Source of the DNA: Chlorokybus atmophyticus | Lineage: Eukaryota; Plantae; Mesostigma and Chlorokybus algae | Reading direction: 5' to 3' | Assembly (NCBI GenBank): GCA_009103225.1 | Contig: RHPI01003533.1 | Coordinates: 124,001 to 188,000 of the forward strand | Length of the DNA stretch: 64,000 nt | In this document: in pieces, positions 1 through 13,420 of the stretch | How positions within the stretch are numbered: position 1 is the stretch's first letter | How the letters are laid out: each line of letters begins with the position of its first letter | Notes under the pieces: model-generated | Seen by the model: the letters and a program-made list of their open reading frames with translations, nothing else | Database searches by the model: none | What the model was told of the DNA's origin: nothing | Program-made: the position numbers and the translations under genes

Positions 1-2
1 TG

Positions 3-104
3 CGATAGTGCCATTGCGACAATGGCACTATCGTACCATACAAATGGTACGATAGTGCCATTACGACAATGGTACTCTCGTACCATTATCATAATATGAT
101 AATG
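3..104. repeat. Array of abutting palindromes; 47-bp unit present about 1.8 times (probably cut by the window edge)
   Basis: CGATAGTGCCATT-gcgac-AATGGCACTATCG (3-33), CGTACCAT-acaa-ATGGTACG (32-51), a degenerate copy of the first hairpin at 50-80, and CATTATCATA-a-TATGATAATG (84-104). Confidence 0.85.
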
Positions 105-196
105 CCGTTGCAAGTCACGTTTCGACAACGCGTTTAAATCACTCAGGCTGCCCAAGTTATTCAAACGCTCAACGGCTTCAAGTTGAACAGAGCGTT

Positions 197-198
<2 letters not shown>

Positions 199-232
<34 letters not shown>

Positions 233-1500
233 TAACAGTAGGTGAGCTTGGTTGCTGTCTGACGTTGTACTACGCGCAACACCGCATGCCATTTAACCAC
301 CCTCCTTGCCTTAGGGCGGCCAAACCAGGCCAGGCTAGGCCAGACCAGGCCAGGCGGCGGCAGCGGCGGCGGAGAAGGAACGGCGGCGGCAGAGCTGGAG
401 CGGGCGGTGCAGGAGTCGCAGCTCAGTACAAGGGTAGTACTAGCAATAGTACCCAAGGTAGTAGTAGCAGTAGTGGTAGTGGTAGCAGTAGTGGTAGTCT
501 AGTTGTACTAGCAGTAGTAGTAGTAGCTCAGTATATTATTTTATAATTTATTTATTTTTGTTTTTTACTATTTGTCACGCATTCTTGCACACAGCTGATG
601 ACGTTAATCACGTGTGACACTTAATCATGACTGAGCAGTACCAGAAGGTACCCTTTGAAAGTACAAATCATTAACGGTAGGTACCATAAGGTACTTGACA
701 ATTTCGCTCAGTTAGCGTACAGTCGTTGGTACCTAACTGATAGGTACTGGTCAGCTACCTGTTGGTTAGGTCATGTCCCCTGTGCTTAACCGTTGAGTAC
801 CTGACAGCTACCTATTAATTAGTGTCAGTCCCTTCATGCAGACGGCCGCCAACTAATGGTAACGGCCGGTATGCTCGGGTCCCTGTAACGGGATCGCCGG
901 TAGACTGAAGGTCGTTAGTCTAAATGAGTATCCTCAGGTGCATGTCCGTTGCCAATATTCAGTCGGCCGGCAGGGGAAACATTTTGCGACGTTTGTGAAT
1001 ACAATTTCACACCCTTCACACCACCACGAATCCACGTGGTAGCAAGCACACAAGCACAAGCACCGAAATGTCATCACAATAATCTGATACAAGTGATGTG
1101 CTGGGCATGCAATGCTTGGGGGATAGGCTGCCTGAGTGGCCGCCTTCCCTAACAGCAAGCTAGGCTAGGCTAGGCTAAGACAGCTAGGCTGCGCTAGGCT
1201 AGCAGGCAAACATGTAAGCTAAGTACACCAGCAACAGCGTTTAACTACTACAACAACAACAACAACAACACCTAACAACCCTAGTGGGTAGCGGCTGCTA
1301 GAGCCGCCGCTGCAGTCGCTGCCGCCTAAGCCCGCCGCCTGCCGCTGCTGCCGCCTCTGCGCCATCAGAGCCGCCGCCTCTCCCACAGGCCCTCGCCGCC
1401 CTCGCTCCAATACCAATGTAAGGAGAGGGGGTGCTCCCTCTTCCCTTTAATCCCCTACCCCAACACCACCACCAGCCACGTCGCCCACGCCGCCGCCGCC
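199..1500. repeat. Low-complexity tracts ((GGC)n, (AGT)n, (AAC)n, (TAGGC)n) and a GTAC-rich segment; probable transposon debris
   Basis: Simple repeats at about 199-226, 460-530, 1160-1200 and 1245-1270, and many GGTACC/GTAC words at 630-820. No spliceable protein homology recognised. Confidence 0.45.
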
Positions 1501-4500
1501 GCCAGGGGCAACTGTCGAAGCAAAAGATCCCCTGGCTATGGCGGTCGCCGCGTTAGCAGCGCCGCCATGCGGCTGATATCGACATGAGACTCATGTCGAA
1601 TGTTGATAAAATTGTTGCAGATAAGTAACACTACATTAGGGCCTTAATATAGGTTAACGGCCTTAATATGGCTTAATAAGCTGTATAATCCCGTTGGGAC
1701 CCTTATTTAATCCTAAATAAGGGCGAGGAACCTCTATGGAGGTATCACACCGTTACATTTGCATAGATAGGCGGGTGTGCTCCCCACGTAGTTGCTTACA
1801 TTGCCTACATTTGTGCAAACATACACAACATGCTCAAGTCTCGCATTACACATTAGGGGTCTCAGTATTCGTACTTCTTTCTTCTAAGGCTCTGACGCCC
1901 GGCTTTCACAACGCCGATTCCAATGCCACCTCCTCCTCCTCCTCCTCCGAGGGAGTCCCCTCCTCTTCCCCCCCACCCCCCCACCCCCCACCACAAGCAC
2001 ATTTTAACAAGATAGGCCTCCTCAGTGTTCGCGACCGGGGTGAAGAAGAATCGCTAGATCAAGACAATTGAGCACAAGGCCACACCGGGGCCAGCGCAAA
2101 ACCGACACAACACCTCACTGAAATGTGGCAAAGCTTGCTCGAGCCTGCAATTAGGCAAGCAGCATCAAAAACAGTTGCATAGTGCCATGTCAAGTCGTAA
2201 GATTGACAATATCATCGCGATTACAACCGAAAAAGATGACGGCAGTAGCAGCAGTAGATGTATTGCTGCGAATAAGCTTGACCTGCGGACCAATCGCTAA
2301 TTATGCAAGCCGCGCAGCATAGGTCAAGGGGATCACGTACAATTGCATCAACTCGCATCATAAGTATGCTCGTTGGTTGCAATGTATGCTATTGTACACG
2401 GATTACAAGCAGTTTATATGCAATGTATATACAACTCGCGCACTTTTTTTATCGGTCTGCATATAAGCCATTTACAGCATCATGTGCATCCAGAATCACG
2501 CATAGTGGTACGTACTTTCACATCAACACGATGGCCGTGTAGATCTTGCTTCACGTGCATTGTCGTGTATTTATACTAAATACATACACGTACACCTATT
2601 ACATGCTACCAGTGTAGCCTACACAAACACAGAACCTACCGATCTGCCGCGTACCAGAACAAGGGTCATACCTTGGATAGGTAGGCGTGATGGTGACTAC
2701 GTGTCACCGCATGATTGGGCACGAGTCAGCAAGCTGCCGCTGCAGCTCTCCTGCTACGCTAGCGCCGCGACTGCTGTCGGCGACGACGTCGCACTGACAT
2801 CAGTGGTATTGACTCTGTCGCGCAGACGACAACGCCGTCGCGCGCCGACACAGACCCTTAGTCTATGGCGCGCAATTCTGGCAGATAAAGATATCGCAAC
2901 AGTTTAGCAAGAGTATCTTGTGAGTACAGACAACCCTAGCCAGTGTAGTGCACTTTGTGGTCTGGTAGCCACGCAAAAGTGGGCGCATACAGGAATATTA
3001 TTGTGGTAATTGCTCTGCGGCTGAATTTGAATATCTCAAGCGAGGCAGCGCGCGCCACAAGACTGTTGTGGTGCGCAATGCGCGCCGGAAGCCCAATTGG
3101 CGCTTTCAATTGTGCCACCGCGGGTAACGACAGGCCTCCGGATTGCGCGCATCTCAATTGATCGCTCGGTAGCGCCATATTGAGGGTTAACCACCCACAT
3201 GATCACGTACCGGTACTCACTGACTTCATACCTCGACCCGGGTACCACAGCTTTGTAGTAAGCCATAGCAAAGGTTTCATGATGCAATGTATTGGTGCAT
3301 ACAGTTGTCAAATGACCTTTGTTGTGTGACATCACCTTTGCAAAAAGGGCCTATAATGGGCCCATAATGGCCGCCAACTGCCACGTGGACAATGGTTGTG
3401 TTGACCAGAGGTGGTGCTAGCCGGTCATCGGTCGGATATATCTACTTCGTGGCGACCATGGGTCAGATATCGGCTGATCTGATGGTTCATCACGCAAAGT
3501 GTACCAGTTCAGTGCCATCGGACGACGCACAGTGTTGCTTCTTGCTAGGCCCGATACAAGGAGCCGGTTTTAAGCGTTAACCGAGTAATAAACTTCGCCG
3601 CGGAATTTGTTCTTCCCGCATCTTGTGGGCTAGACATCGAGGTTGGGGTAAGATATCACGCTATAGACGAAACATTCGGTTAGTGCTAACCGCGACAAGC
3701 AGAGAGCTAATTTCATAGTGTCGTAGTCAATGTCGTCCCATATATCAGCGGCACGGCGGCGGGGCGGCGGAGGCGGCGAGGTGAGCAGCGACGTTGGTAC
3801 CGTCAGTGGCGGAGTGGGCCCCTCTTTGCAGCTTCATCAGCATTGGTATAAGATAACCAAAAAGTAAATAAGGAGGGGCGACTGGTGGTCCAGTGTCGTC
3901 GGCAGCAGCCATTAGGAGTGAGTTGTCCGGCAGCACGAGGCGCTTGCATACTTGATTGCTGGCGTGATTTCTGCTATTGTTTTTGCATAAGCTGGTGTGT
4001 GAGGACATATGCAGTAAGTTAACTGGTCGTGTGTGTTAGCACGCTGTGCTCAAATGGGTGTTCTGTGCTGGTGTTTGGAACATACGTTCGTCTCTTTGGT
4101 ACAAGTGTCATCACTTGTTGCAAGGGTTCCTAGGTATACAAGGCAGCTCAATTACTGGATGCTGAGCACTGCATGATTGTTTCGTAAAGCTGTGTCATTG
4201 CGAGCAAGCAGTCAGCCACTAGTAACCACCTGTCTGTGTCAAGTAGTGTCTCCTAATCTGTACTCCGTTCAACTGTCTGACAGCGTTGCCACGAGTAAGT
4301 TAGCCTCTGCCGCACATCGCTACTTTTAGATTCAGTGGTTTGCGCGTTTCAGTTTGTCGGCTGGTCACACTGCAGACATCGTCAGCTGTCATTGCGGTCT
4401 TGACCTAGCGACAGATGGTGGTGTGCTGAGCAGAGAGTACAAGGTCTATGGTTAGTCGTTGGCTAGTAAAGCCGCAAAATGGTTTTGAGTGAGTGTATAT

Positions 4501-4982
4501 GCAAGTCACCCACTGAAGGCCATACGCATTGCTTGTGTGATGTGACAGTTCTTCTTGCTCCTCTATGCGCTGATCACACCCAATCTAGCAGGAAGAAGCA
4601 AATTGTTTGATATTCGCACAGTTCAGTGGTTGTGCGTGGCAGGTGTTGATGGTGAAATATCTTTTGTGTAATTGACCACAAAACCTTGACAGTACAGCTG
4701 GGAGTCCCGCCTGGAACACATATTCTTCCAGTCGTAGGCAATGCCTTAGCGGCAGGGTCTGAGGGCAGGGTTCTGTTACGGTCTGTGGAGCTTGCCAAGG
4801 GTACTGGCGTCGTTGCACTGTAGCAAACAGCGCCGGAGTTGTTGCAGCGTTTGTTGATGAGCTGCACAGCAGGCCACAGCATGGAAGCTGTGGGTTCCTT
4901 GCCCTGCTTTCTGGTTACCTGTTTGCGTGATGACTTGTGGCTATGACACCAACTGAGCCTGTTTGTCTTCTGTCTTGTGCAG

Positions 4983-7900
4983 GATGTTGGCCTAACATCA
5001 CGGGTGGCATCCAGCCTTGGGCTGAGACTGCGACCTGAGCTGCTGCAGCTGCTACGCATATACACAGGCGCGCACGCGCACGCTCGCCCACACCCATACC
5101 AGATGCTGGTGGGCGTAGCCATGGATGCCGTGCAACAGAGCCTGGATGACGAAATGACCGACATCCAGGATGTTATGAAGTACTTTGAGCAGGTGTGGTG
5201 GCGTGCATATGCTTGCATACGATGAGCTGTTTGGTGACGTGTGCCATTGCAGTACAAACGCCCCTGCTCGCTTATGTGTTGCAAAGGCTTAATGATCGAA
5301 GGCTTAATAATCTGATCGAAGGCTTAAGGATCTTGGATGTGCGCAGGGTGCTTGTAGCGAGTCCCTGGACTCTTTTGAGAGTGACGTGTCGGAAATTTTT
5401 GGAGGCCACATGCAGCAATCATCGCACCAGCAGCACATGCAGCAGCAGCAGCAGCATTTGCAACACCAGCAGCAGCTGTTGCAGCAGCAGCTCCAGCAGC
5501 AGCAGCGGTTGCAGCAGTCTCAGCACCAGCAGCACCAGCAGCACCAGCAGCAATCATCTCTGCACGGAAGCATGTTTGCCAACAACGTTCATTCCATGCC
5601 AATGTCAAAGCCGCCAGCGCCCACCACCGTTTCACCATTAAGGTATAACGCCGTTGCTTCTTGGTGACTTATAAGAACACTGCCGTTTCCCTTGCTGTTT
5701 CGCTGAAAATGACTTGCCTCAGGTCACCACTCAACGCACCTACAGCCACATCTGCTGGCATGACCAATGCCACAACATCGCCCTACTCGGACGTCAAGCC
5801 CCCCAACCCAGCTCAGGCTGGCTTGCAAGACGCGTACCAAGCACACATGACAAGCGTGTCCTACAACCCGGAAGGCTCACTGCACAGGTTGGTTGCTAGA
5901 CAATGCTGTGCTGCTCTCTATCCGTCGCGCGTGTGTGTACACGTTTGTGCATGATTGTGTCCGCTCATGCGTACATTTATGTGGCGTGTGCATGCAAACG
6001 CTGTCTCAGTGGCTTGACTGCGAGCTTAATGCACTTGACACAACCTACATAGAGATTGACGGTGAAGTTTTGATGTGGAGTTTTGGCAGGTCAATGTCGG
6101 AAAACTCGTTAGAAGCGCGATTGCGCAAGCTACCCGGCAAGAGCCGCCTGAAGCTAGTCACTAGCGACTTATCAGACGAGGCGCCCGGCAACGGAATCAT
6201 CTTCTCGCCAGATTGCTATCAGATGATGCAAGACGGCAACAGGGAGCCCACGAATAATGCCGCAGGCCGGTGGTACAGCCCTGATCAGCTTCTCAATGGA
6301 CAGGTATCACACTGTCACTGCTCCCGCCACACAACTTGTACCTGCATATGAAATAACACCAAGGCCGGCATTCCCACGTGCTTGTTCCCTGCAGCATCAT
6401 TATGTACTCTATATATCACATGCATTGCAACCTGGTCTTTGTACGCTGTTGTTTGCAGGGCTACTCAAACGCTCATCACTTTGGCTCGGATATGCAAAAA
6501 GAGCGGAAGTCTCTTCTAACTGGTGGACTGCAAGGCCAGCATCTGTCCAGAAGCATCAGCATGGACGGTCTTCCCATTCCCATGCAGGCCATTCCGGTGG
6601 TGGACTTGTCAGCTATGGAGTTCGCCGCCAAGAAGTTTCGAAAGCACACCGATACCAAGGTGAGAGCGATGATTAATTACTGCATACACCCATAACTTTC
6701 TCTCACGTCTTGAACTTCTGCCCCTGGTTGGTTTTGGACAAGTTGTTGCGCTCACATGCATCATGTTGTGACAGCCACCCTCGGCGTTGACGTCTCCCGA
6801 TAGGCTACCGTTCTACTCGCCCGAGCAGTTCCTCTCACCAACAATGAGCATGAGCGCACGAAGCTCGCCGACAGCTTCCTCGCCTCAGAACTCCAGGCCG
6901 GCCTCGCACTCGGCAGCTGAGCGCAGGAGACGAGACAGATTCAATGAAAGGCTCAATACGCTTCGGGATCTGGTCAACTGCTCAGTCAAGGTATTCCATG
7001 TTTCTACTTGTTGGGTATCATTGGCATGCGTCTCCTTTGTGCTGCTACGTGGCTCTGAGCGTCACACCTTATGTTGGTTTCTTGGTCACGCAGGCGGACA
7101 AGACATCCGTGCTTGAGAACGCTATCGAGTACGTGAAGAAGCTGCAGTTGCGAACAATCGCTCCTGCTTCCCCTGGGGCATCGCGCGACATCTCTCACAG
7201 GGTAAACTTACACCACTGATGCCAAAACTCATGTTGCTGTCCTCGGTTGAATGCATCTGACATGCTGTTTTGCTCCTGGGTTCATCAGCGAAGCAGCTCC
7301 GACCAGGATCCATTTGCAGCCCCGACACCCCCAACACGGCCCCCGCCTCATCTGCGAGAGCACTCTCAAGACTCTGAGGAGTCGGCGTTGCGTGTCGGTC
7401 ATGTCACCAAAGAGGTGCACACGCATTTCTTGAATCTGATCCCCAATCCCTTTCAAGTCATCATCAGTTGTAATGAGTCCTGTACTGACCTCTTCTATTT
7501 GTCAACCTGCAGCTTTCTGTTGAGAACGTGGTGGACGGCTATAGGATTCGAGTAAGTGTCATGACCCAAGCATTGTGGTGTCGTTCATGGAAACACTCAG
7601 TTTCATCAGATCTAATAAGGTTGATGGTGTTGTGTTGCAGATGTCGTGCAAGTACGAGCGTAGCGTATTCTCCAACATCATGCAAGTGCTGAGCAACCTG
7701 CAATTGGATGTGGTGAAGGCGGATATCTCGGCGTCGAGCGACCAGGCCATGAACATTATCAGAGTAAGGCTTCCAGAGGGCAACAAGACGACAGCCTCAG
7801 AGCTGCGACATTCACTGCAGGTAAATACACTGTACTGATTGCGCAGCAGCCATGGTGTAACGCAAGCATCCTTCACAATCACAGAGCAAATGAGACAAAG

Positions 7901-8055
7901 TTATATCATCTGTGTAAAGCACAGTAGTAGAAGCTTGGATCATGCATGCAGTGCATGACTGGCTTCGGTGGCGCTAAGTGACATAGTGTGCTTTGCAGGT
8001 TGTGTTGGACAGTGACATGATACCCATGGGTACCATTGCGCATCGCAGTATCTGA
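4983..8055 (+). CDS. bHLH transcription factor with a polyQ tract and C-terminal ACT-like domain (multi-exon; true start lies upstream and is unresolved)
   Basis: Spliced bHLH HSAAERRRRDRFNERLNTLRDLVNCSVK|ADKTSVLENAIEYVKKLQ (about 6900-7150). ACT-like LSVENVVDGYRIR|MSCKYERSVFSNIMQVLSNLQLDVVKADISASSDQAMNIIRV. PolyQ exon from 5347; GT-AG sites keep frame; stop TGA at 8053-8055. Confidence 0.85.
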
Positions 8056-9241
8056 GTACCCTGAATGCTTCGGTATCTGGCAGCCACGTTGATATATCGC
8101 CCTGCCCGTGTGAAGTTTGTCACCTCGATGCAATGCGGACGGCGGTTGGCATTACAAATAGCAAATTCAAGTTAGCGCTACTACATGTGGTGGTGCGGCT
8201 CGGCTGCATCATGTAACCATATTTTAGCCCATTCCTCAAACAGTGCACAGCGTAGTGGCAGGCGCGACACGCGCATCTTGCTGTGTCACTGTTTGGTTTC
8301 TCTTTATCGCGGTTGGTTTATATAGGGCGGTTTCTTATCCTTATGGCTTTCTTGCTGGCAATGTAGAGTCGCAAGCGACCAGCAAAATACTGGCAGGCAC
8401 TCCCCATATTTAGGTTGAAGGCTATTGAAACGAGTATTGAGTTGTCACAGCTCGCCAATAGTTGCTTGTGTTAAGCACCAGAACAGGTATTATTCACAAG
8501 TTGTGAGTTCAAGTTGCTCTGCTCATGTATATGACACAGATGCAGTGCTGGTATCCTTTGCTTCCATGACAAGGTGACCAGCGGTGTCACATTCTGTAAG
8601 TAACCAAGCAATTCTCATACACATAAGCAGAGACAATGACATGGCACAAACAAGTAGTATAACACCACCATATCAATACTTGGTAGGCAAGCACATAGTC
8701 AATTGCGCGCAGGGGTTGAGGGATGGACTAGGGGTAGTGTCAAGTTAGAGTTAGACAAACCAGCGCTGCACAGTGCTAGCAGGGTGTGAGTAATGTTGAG
8801 CGAATGCACAAACATACGTTCTGGTAACAGAGAAAGAGATAGTATTAGGTCAGATTGACTAAAGAACACAGACACTTTAACAGACCACGTGTGCCGAACA
8901 ATCGCGCCATGATAAACATTCAAGCACAATGCGTAGTTTACTTCCAGCAAAGATAACAAACAAGCATTTATTGCAAACTTCCTGCTAGAACCATGGATTA
9001 TATATCTCATACTAAGGCTACATGCCCTATACTGACTGTCGGGAGGGATACTTGGAACAGTCTTTTACTGTACTACGCCCACATCCATTCCTCCCAAGCT
9101 GTACCCAGGCACACAGCCATCAGACCAGACTATTGAAGACGCGTTTTCTAAGTCTTAGAGATATACCGCTCGTGCTACGGATTGCGACAGGTCTTCAATA
9201 CTTGCTGAAGTGTCTGAAACTGAAATGCGATTTACAACTGC

Positions 9242-11413
9242 CTAAGATGATGGCCAACAAGACGTGCCACGAACTCCCTGTGTTCTACTTTTAGGACCCG
9301 CGGCCTGGCCTCCAGTGCCAAACCCGGTTATACAGCCAGTATCCCAGACCACCGCATTAGCCCCTCCAAGTCCATAAAATTGCCCGCTCGTGCTGCGGAT
9401 TACGGTAGCAACGAGCTGTGTACCATCGTAGATGGAAGCCAACCTCTGCTGGGTGCTGGATGCTATCTTCCAGGCATCAAGCCCTGTCTGCAGAAAAACA
9501 GGCTCGGTTGTACTCAAATCGGCTACGCCAGTGTAGTAGGCTATGCGAACATCTTCCCCTCGCATCTGAGCCAACCAGTCTCGGATAATCAGAACACTTG
9601 TCTTAGGATCAGCGGTTTGGAATGCGCCTATGGTATATCTTTTAGTGCCAGGATCGTCGTAAGCAAATAGGTTTACACTTAGAACGTTAATTTCTCCATT
9701 CTTGTAGAAGCTGTTGACGAGGGACTGCAGGTCTACCACCTTTTTGTCGACCGAGTTAGCAAGCGCTTGACAGTTCGCAATCTGCTGGTTGGCTGAACTG
9801 ACTTGGGCCTGCAGGTTCACAATCTGCGCCTGGAGTCTTGCGATTTGCGTCGGCGAGATCGCGTTATACAGAATGGCATGGTAGTAACCGCCTGCATTAC
9901 AAATGATGTGTATGAGAGAGAGAGCGCGAGCAAGAAAGCGAGAGAGAGTTCCCAACGTACCAGGACTGGTGTAGACAAAGACGTCTATGGCCCTGGTTAG
10001 CTGTGTTGCATTGATGACGCAGTACACATTGTAGGCGACGGAGGGTGCGAGTGGAAACACCAGCGACGTTTTGGCGGTTGTGGTAACTTTGGGCCCAAAG
10101 AGAGTGCAGACAGCCGCCCTGGTAGGCGTGACCGAGTAGCCGTTCAGGGAGGCTGTCGCTCCCGATACTGAGCTTGAAAACAAAATGTTGAGAGTGACGG
10201 AGTCGCCATTTACGCCGTTCACGCTTTGAATAGCGGTACCGGTGGCAAAATTCTTCACACATGATTGCCAGGAGCTGATGACGTTGGGGTCAATCCAGTT
10301 GTTGATGTACTGGACACTGGCGTCAGCTGAGGAGGAGGCCAATGAAGCACCACAGCTGGTGCGCTTGTACTCGTATGCGTTGTTTTGAAAGAGACTGAAT
10401 TGGTCGGCTGTCATGTGGTTGTCTCCCCAGTCAGCTGATCCGCTGGCACCCCACACGCCTATTTGGCTCGCTGTCGCGTCAATGTGGCGCGCGTAGCTGT
10501 CGGTGCTTTGGGAGCTATGATCTGCTACGTATGTGGCATAAGTGTAGCTGCTATCGTAGGTACAAAGAGTGGTCTGCAATTGGGAGTAGCTCTGACTCGA
10601 AGTGCTTTGAGTCACTGAATTGTAGACGCCCTGCTCACCCACATCCACAAGTGTGTAAGCTTCACATTTGCGAGACCTTGCATGCGCACATGAACATGGA
10701 CAAAGGGGGGNNNNNNNNNNNNNNNNNNNNNNNNNNNNNNNNNNNNNNNNNNNNNNNNNNNNNNNNNNNNNNNNNNNNNNNNNNNNNNNNNNNNNNNNNN
10801 NNNNNNNNNNNNNNNNNNNNNNNNNNNNNNNNNNNNNNNNNNNNNNNNNNNNNNNNNNNNNNNNNNNNNNNNNNNNNNNNNNNNNNNNNNNNNNNNNNNN
10901 NNNNNNNNNNNNNNNNNNNNNNNNNNNNNNNNNNNNNNNNNNNNNNNNNNNNNNNNNNNNNNNNNNNNNNNNNNNNNNNNNNNNNNNNNNNNNNNNNNNN
11001 NNNNNNNNNNNNNNNNNNNNNNNNNNNNNNNNNNNNNNNNNNNNNNNNNNNNNNNNNNNNNNNNNNNNNNNNNNNNNNNNNNNNNNNNNNNNNNNNNNNN
11101 NNNNNNNNNNNNNNNNNNNNNNNNNNNNNNNNNNNNNNNNNNNNNNNNNNNNNNNNNNNNNNNNNNNNNNNNNNNNNNNNNNNNNNNNNNNNNNNNNNNN
11201 NNNNNNNNNNNNNNNNNNNNNNNNNNNNNNGGGGGGGGATCCACATCTAAGAGACCACAGCAAGGACCAAAAATTTAGGCAAACCGATAGCAATGATAGT
11301 CCTTATGGGCATCAGCGTACCTGTTGCAGCACTGCCGCGCATGCAGAGATGGGGCTGCTCTGTCCGAGAGCAGGTGTGGCGAGGGCAAAGAGAACAGCAG
11401 CGGACATCAGCAT
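9242..11413 (-). CDS. Secreted protein of unknown function (signal peptide, Cys/Ser/Thr-rich beta-type N-terminal region, central coiled coil)
   Basis: Exon 11321-11413 MLMSAAVLFALATPALGQSSPISACAAVLQQ splices in frame (intron 10631-11320, containing the N gap) to GVYNSVTQ... A 69-nt in-frame GT-AG intron lies at 9892-9960. Long stop-free frame to TAG at 9242; heptad-like IARLQAQIVNLQAQVSSANQQIANCQALANSVDKKVVDLQSLVNS. Confidence 0.8.
10711..11230. other. Assembly gap (N run flanked by poly-G), inside an intron of the secreted-protein gene
   Basis: Continuous Ns at 10711-11230. Confidence 0.99.
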
Positions 11414-13420
11414 GAAGCCCGCATGAACGCCAGAACTGCAGCACCAAAAGCACATGGAGAGTCAGTCACACACCAGAGATGTCAGACGAACTGTTCCTAA
11501 AGGTAGACAGATCTCGTCATAAGATGCTGCTTGTCATGGGGTGGGGCGAAGAACATTCATGCCCAGTCAGATGCAGTCGCATGCGTGCATGCCAAGACCA
11601 TACTGGCGCAAGCACACGCTCAAGTGCGTACACATGCATAGTGAGACAGAGAGGTAGGAGAGTGGCTCACTTGCAGCATCGCTTCGCCATTGTCTAACTC
11701 TGGGTTCACTGGTTAGCCTGCAACGCAAACGACAAGAGACAGTGGCAGACAATATCAGCTCACCCCACCCAGGTGATAACTGCCACAACGCCAGCTGATT
11801 GCAAACAGACATATATAGGGTTAGGGTTGGAGTCCAAGGTGCAGGCCGCGGAGCAATCCGCGGCCCCGCGGCAAGATCCGCGGTCCAGTCCCTGGCTTAT
11901 TCGCGGCGGATGCTGACCATACCCAATGTCGAGGACCCTAATTTGGCGCGCCATACGTAGGCATAGTTCTGGGTGCTCCAAACCGCCCACCATCGTCGTG
12001 GCGCGCAGTGTGCGGCGGCCAGCTGCGTGCTTTCTTCTTCCCGCAGCATTCTATGCGCCGCACTAAATAAGGCGGCTGCAGCTATGCTGTTAGGGTAAGT
12101 GTGGGTTACTCCGGACACTTTTTACGGACAAGAACCGTGCTAGGTGTGTGATTGATGTTATTGGCTGATTTTTTAAACATGTTTGATTGGGCAGCTGGAT
12201 TAGGTGATGGCGTTAAAAGCACAATTTTTGGTGCAATGTAGCGTCAGCATTGACGAGTCAAAGACCCGTGTGTGCACACAGGCGGGTAAAAACGGCTTTT
12301 TGTAACTCCAGACCTGTTTTGTCTGCGTGTTGGTAAGCCCTGTGAGGTTGTTGGCGGCGGGGGTGGCGGGAAAGTGGCTAGCGGGTCTAGTGTTGTTGTT
12401 GTAAGCAAGGCAGGCGGGCGTGGCGCATGGTTGGGCGTAAGAGTGGTGTAGGTTAGGCAAGCATGCATGCAAGTAAGGCACTTGCATTGCACTATGTACA
12501 AGGGTAGTGTCGTCTAGAATGGCTGGCTGTTGAAGGCATGTGCATTCTGTGCTAGCCACAGGTAGTGTGCATGCTGTCCATGTGCTGCGTCGTGCATAGC
12601 CTGCTGCTTAGCCTCCTCTCCTGCCTTCGTCGCTCGCTCTTGCCTTGCAGCCTTATCGTTGGCCTTGGCCGCCGCCTCCTTTGCCTAGCGCTTCTCCTCA
12701 GCCAGGGCCGCCTTGGCTGCCTCACGCTCTGCTGCCTTCTCCAACCTGGCCTGCTCCTTCATGGCCTTCTGGTAAGTAACCTCATGTTTCTTGTTTGCTG
12801 CTCTAACTGCGCGCTCCTTCTTGGCCGCCTCTGCAGCTGCCTTACGTGCTGCTTTGGCCTGCAGGTAGCGCACAAGCTCGGGCGAGGTCAAGATGCACGC
12901 GCCATCTAGCCTGCGAAACTGCTCATCCGGGACAACCTTCTGTGCCTCCTGTGCTTCCTCAGCCTCCTCTTCTTCATCACCACCTCCGAACTCTTCCTGC
13001 CAAGCACTTTCACCTGCCTCAAGCAAAGCACCGGTAAGTGCCTCCCCTTGCAAAACTGGCTCTGCTGGTGCTTGCTCTGCAGTGTCGTCTGTAGCTTGTG
13101 GTCATGTGCATGCCTGTCTCCTGGCCATAGTCCTGCATGTGCATGTGTTTGTGTGTTATGCACGTGCAAAACATGTGCAGTGCATGCATGCAGCTGATGC
13201 TCACCGCATGCTTTGAAGCCATTGGTGATGTTGGCATATGACATGGCCAACATGATTGGCTTGGCTGTGAGCTTCACAAACTTGTCCTTGGTCATCCTGT
13301 CTGAGTTGTTATCAAGCATATGCTTGTGGTGTTCTTCACGGTAACGAGCCCTGAACCAGGAGAAGCAAGACACATCAAGCACCTGCAACAACATAGGTAA
13401 GAGCATGTCAATCAACACTG

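Noticed and set aside
3-87. 47-bp repeats as a possible CRISPR array
   Set aside because: Fewer than two full units, no unique spacers, no cas genes, eukaryotic context.
10531-11426. Several long ORFs full of X
   Set aside because: Artefacts of reading through the N gap; only the spliced minus-strand model is supported.
11816-11830. TAGGGTTAGGGTT as an interstitial telomere
   Set aside because: Only two units; better explained as a telo-box-like promoter motif or chance.
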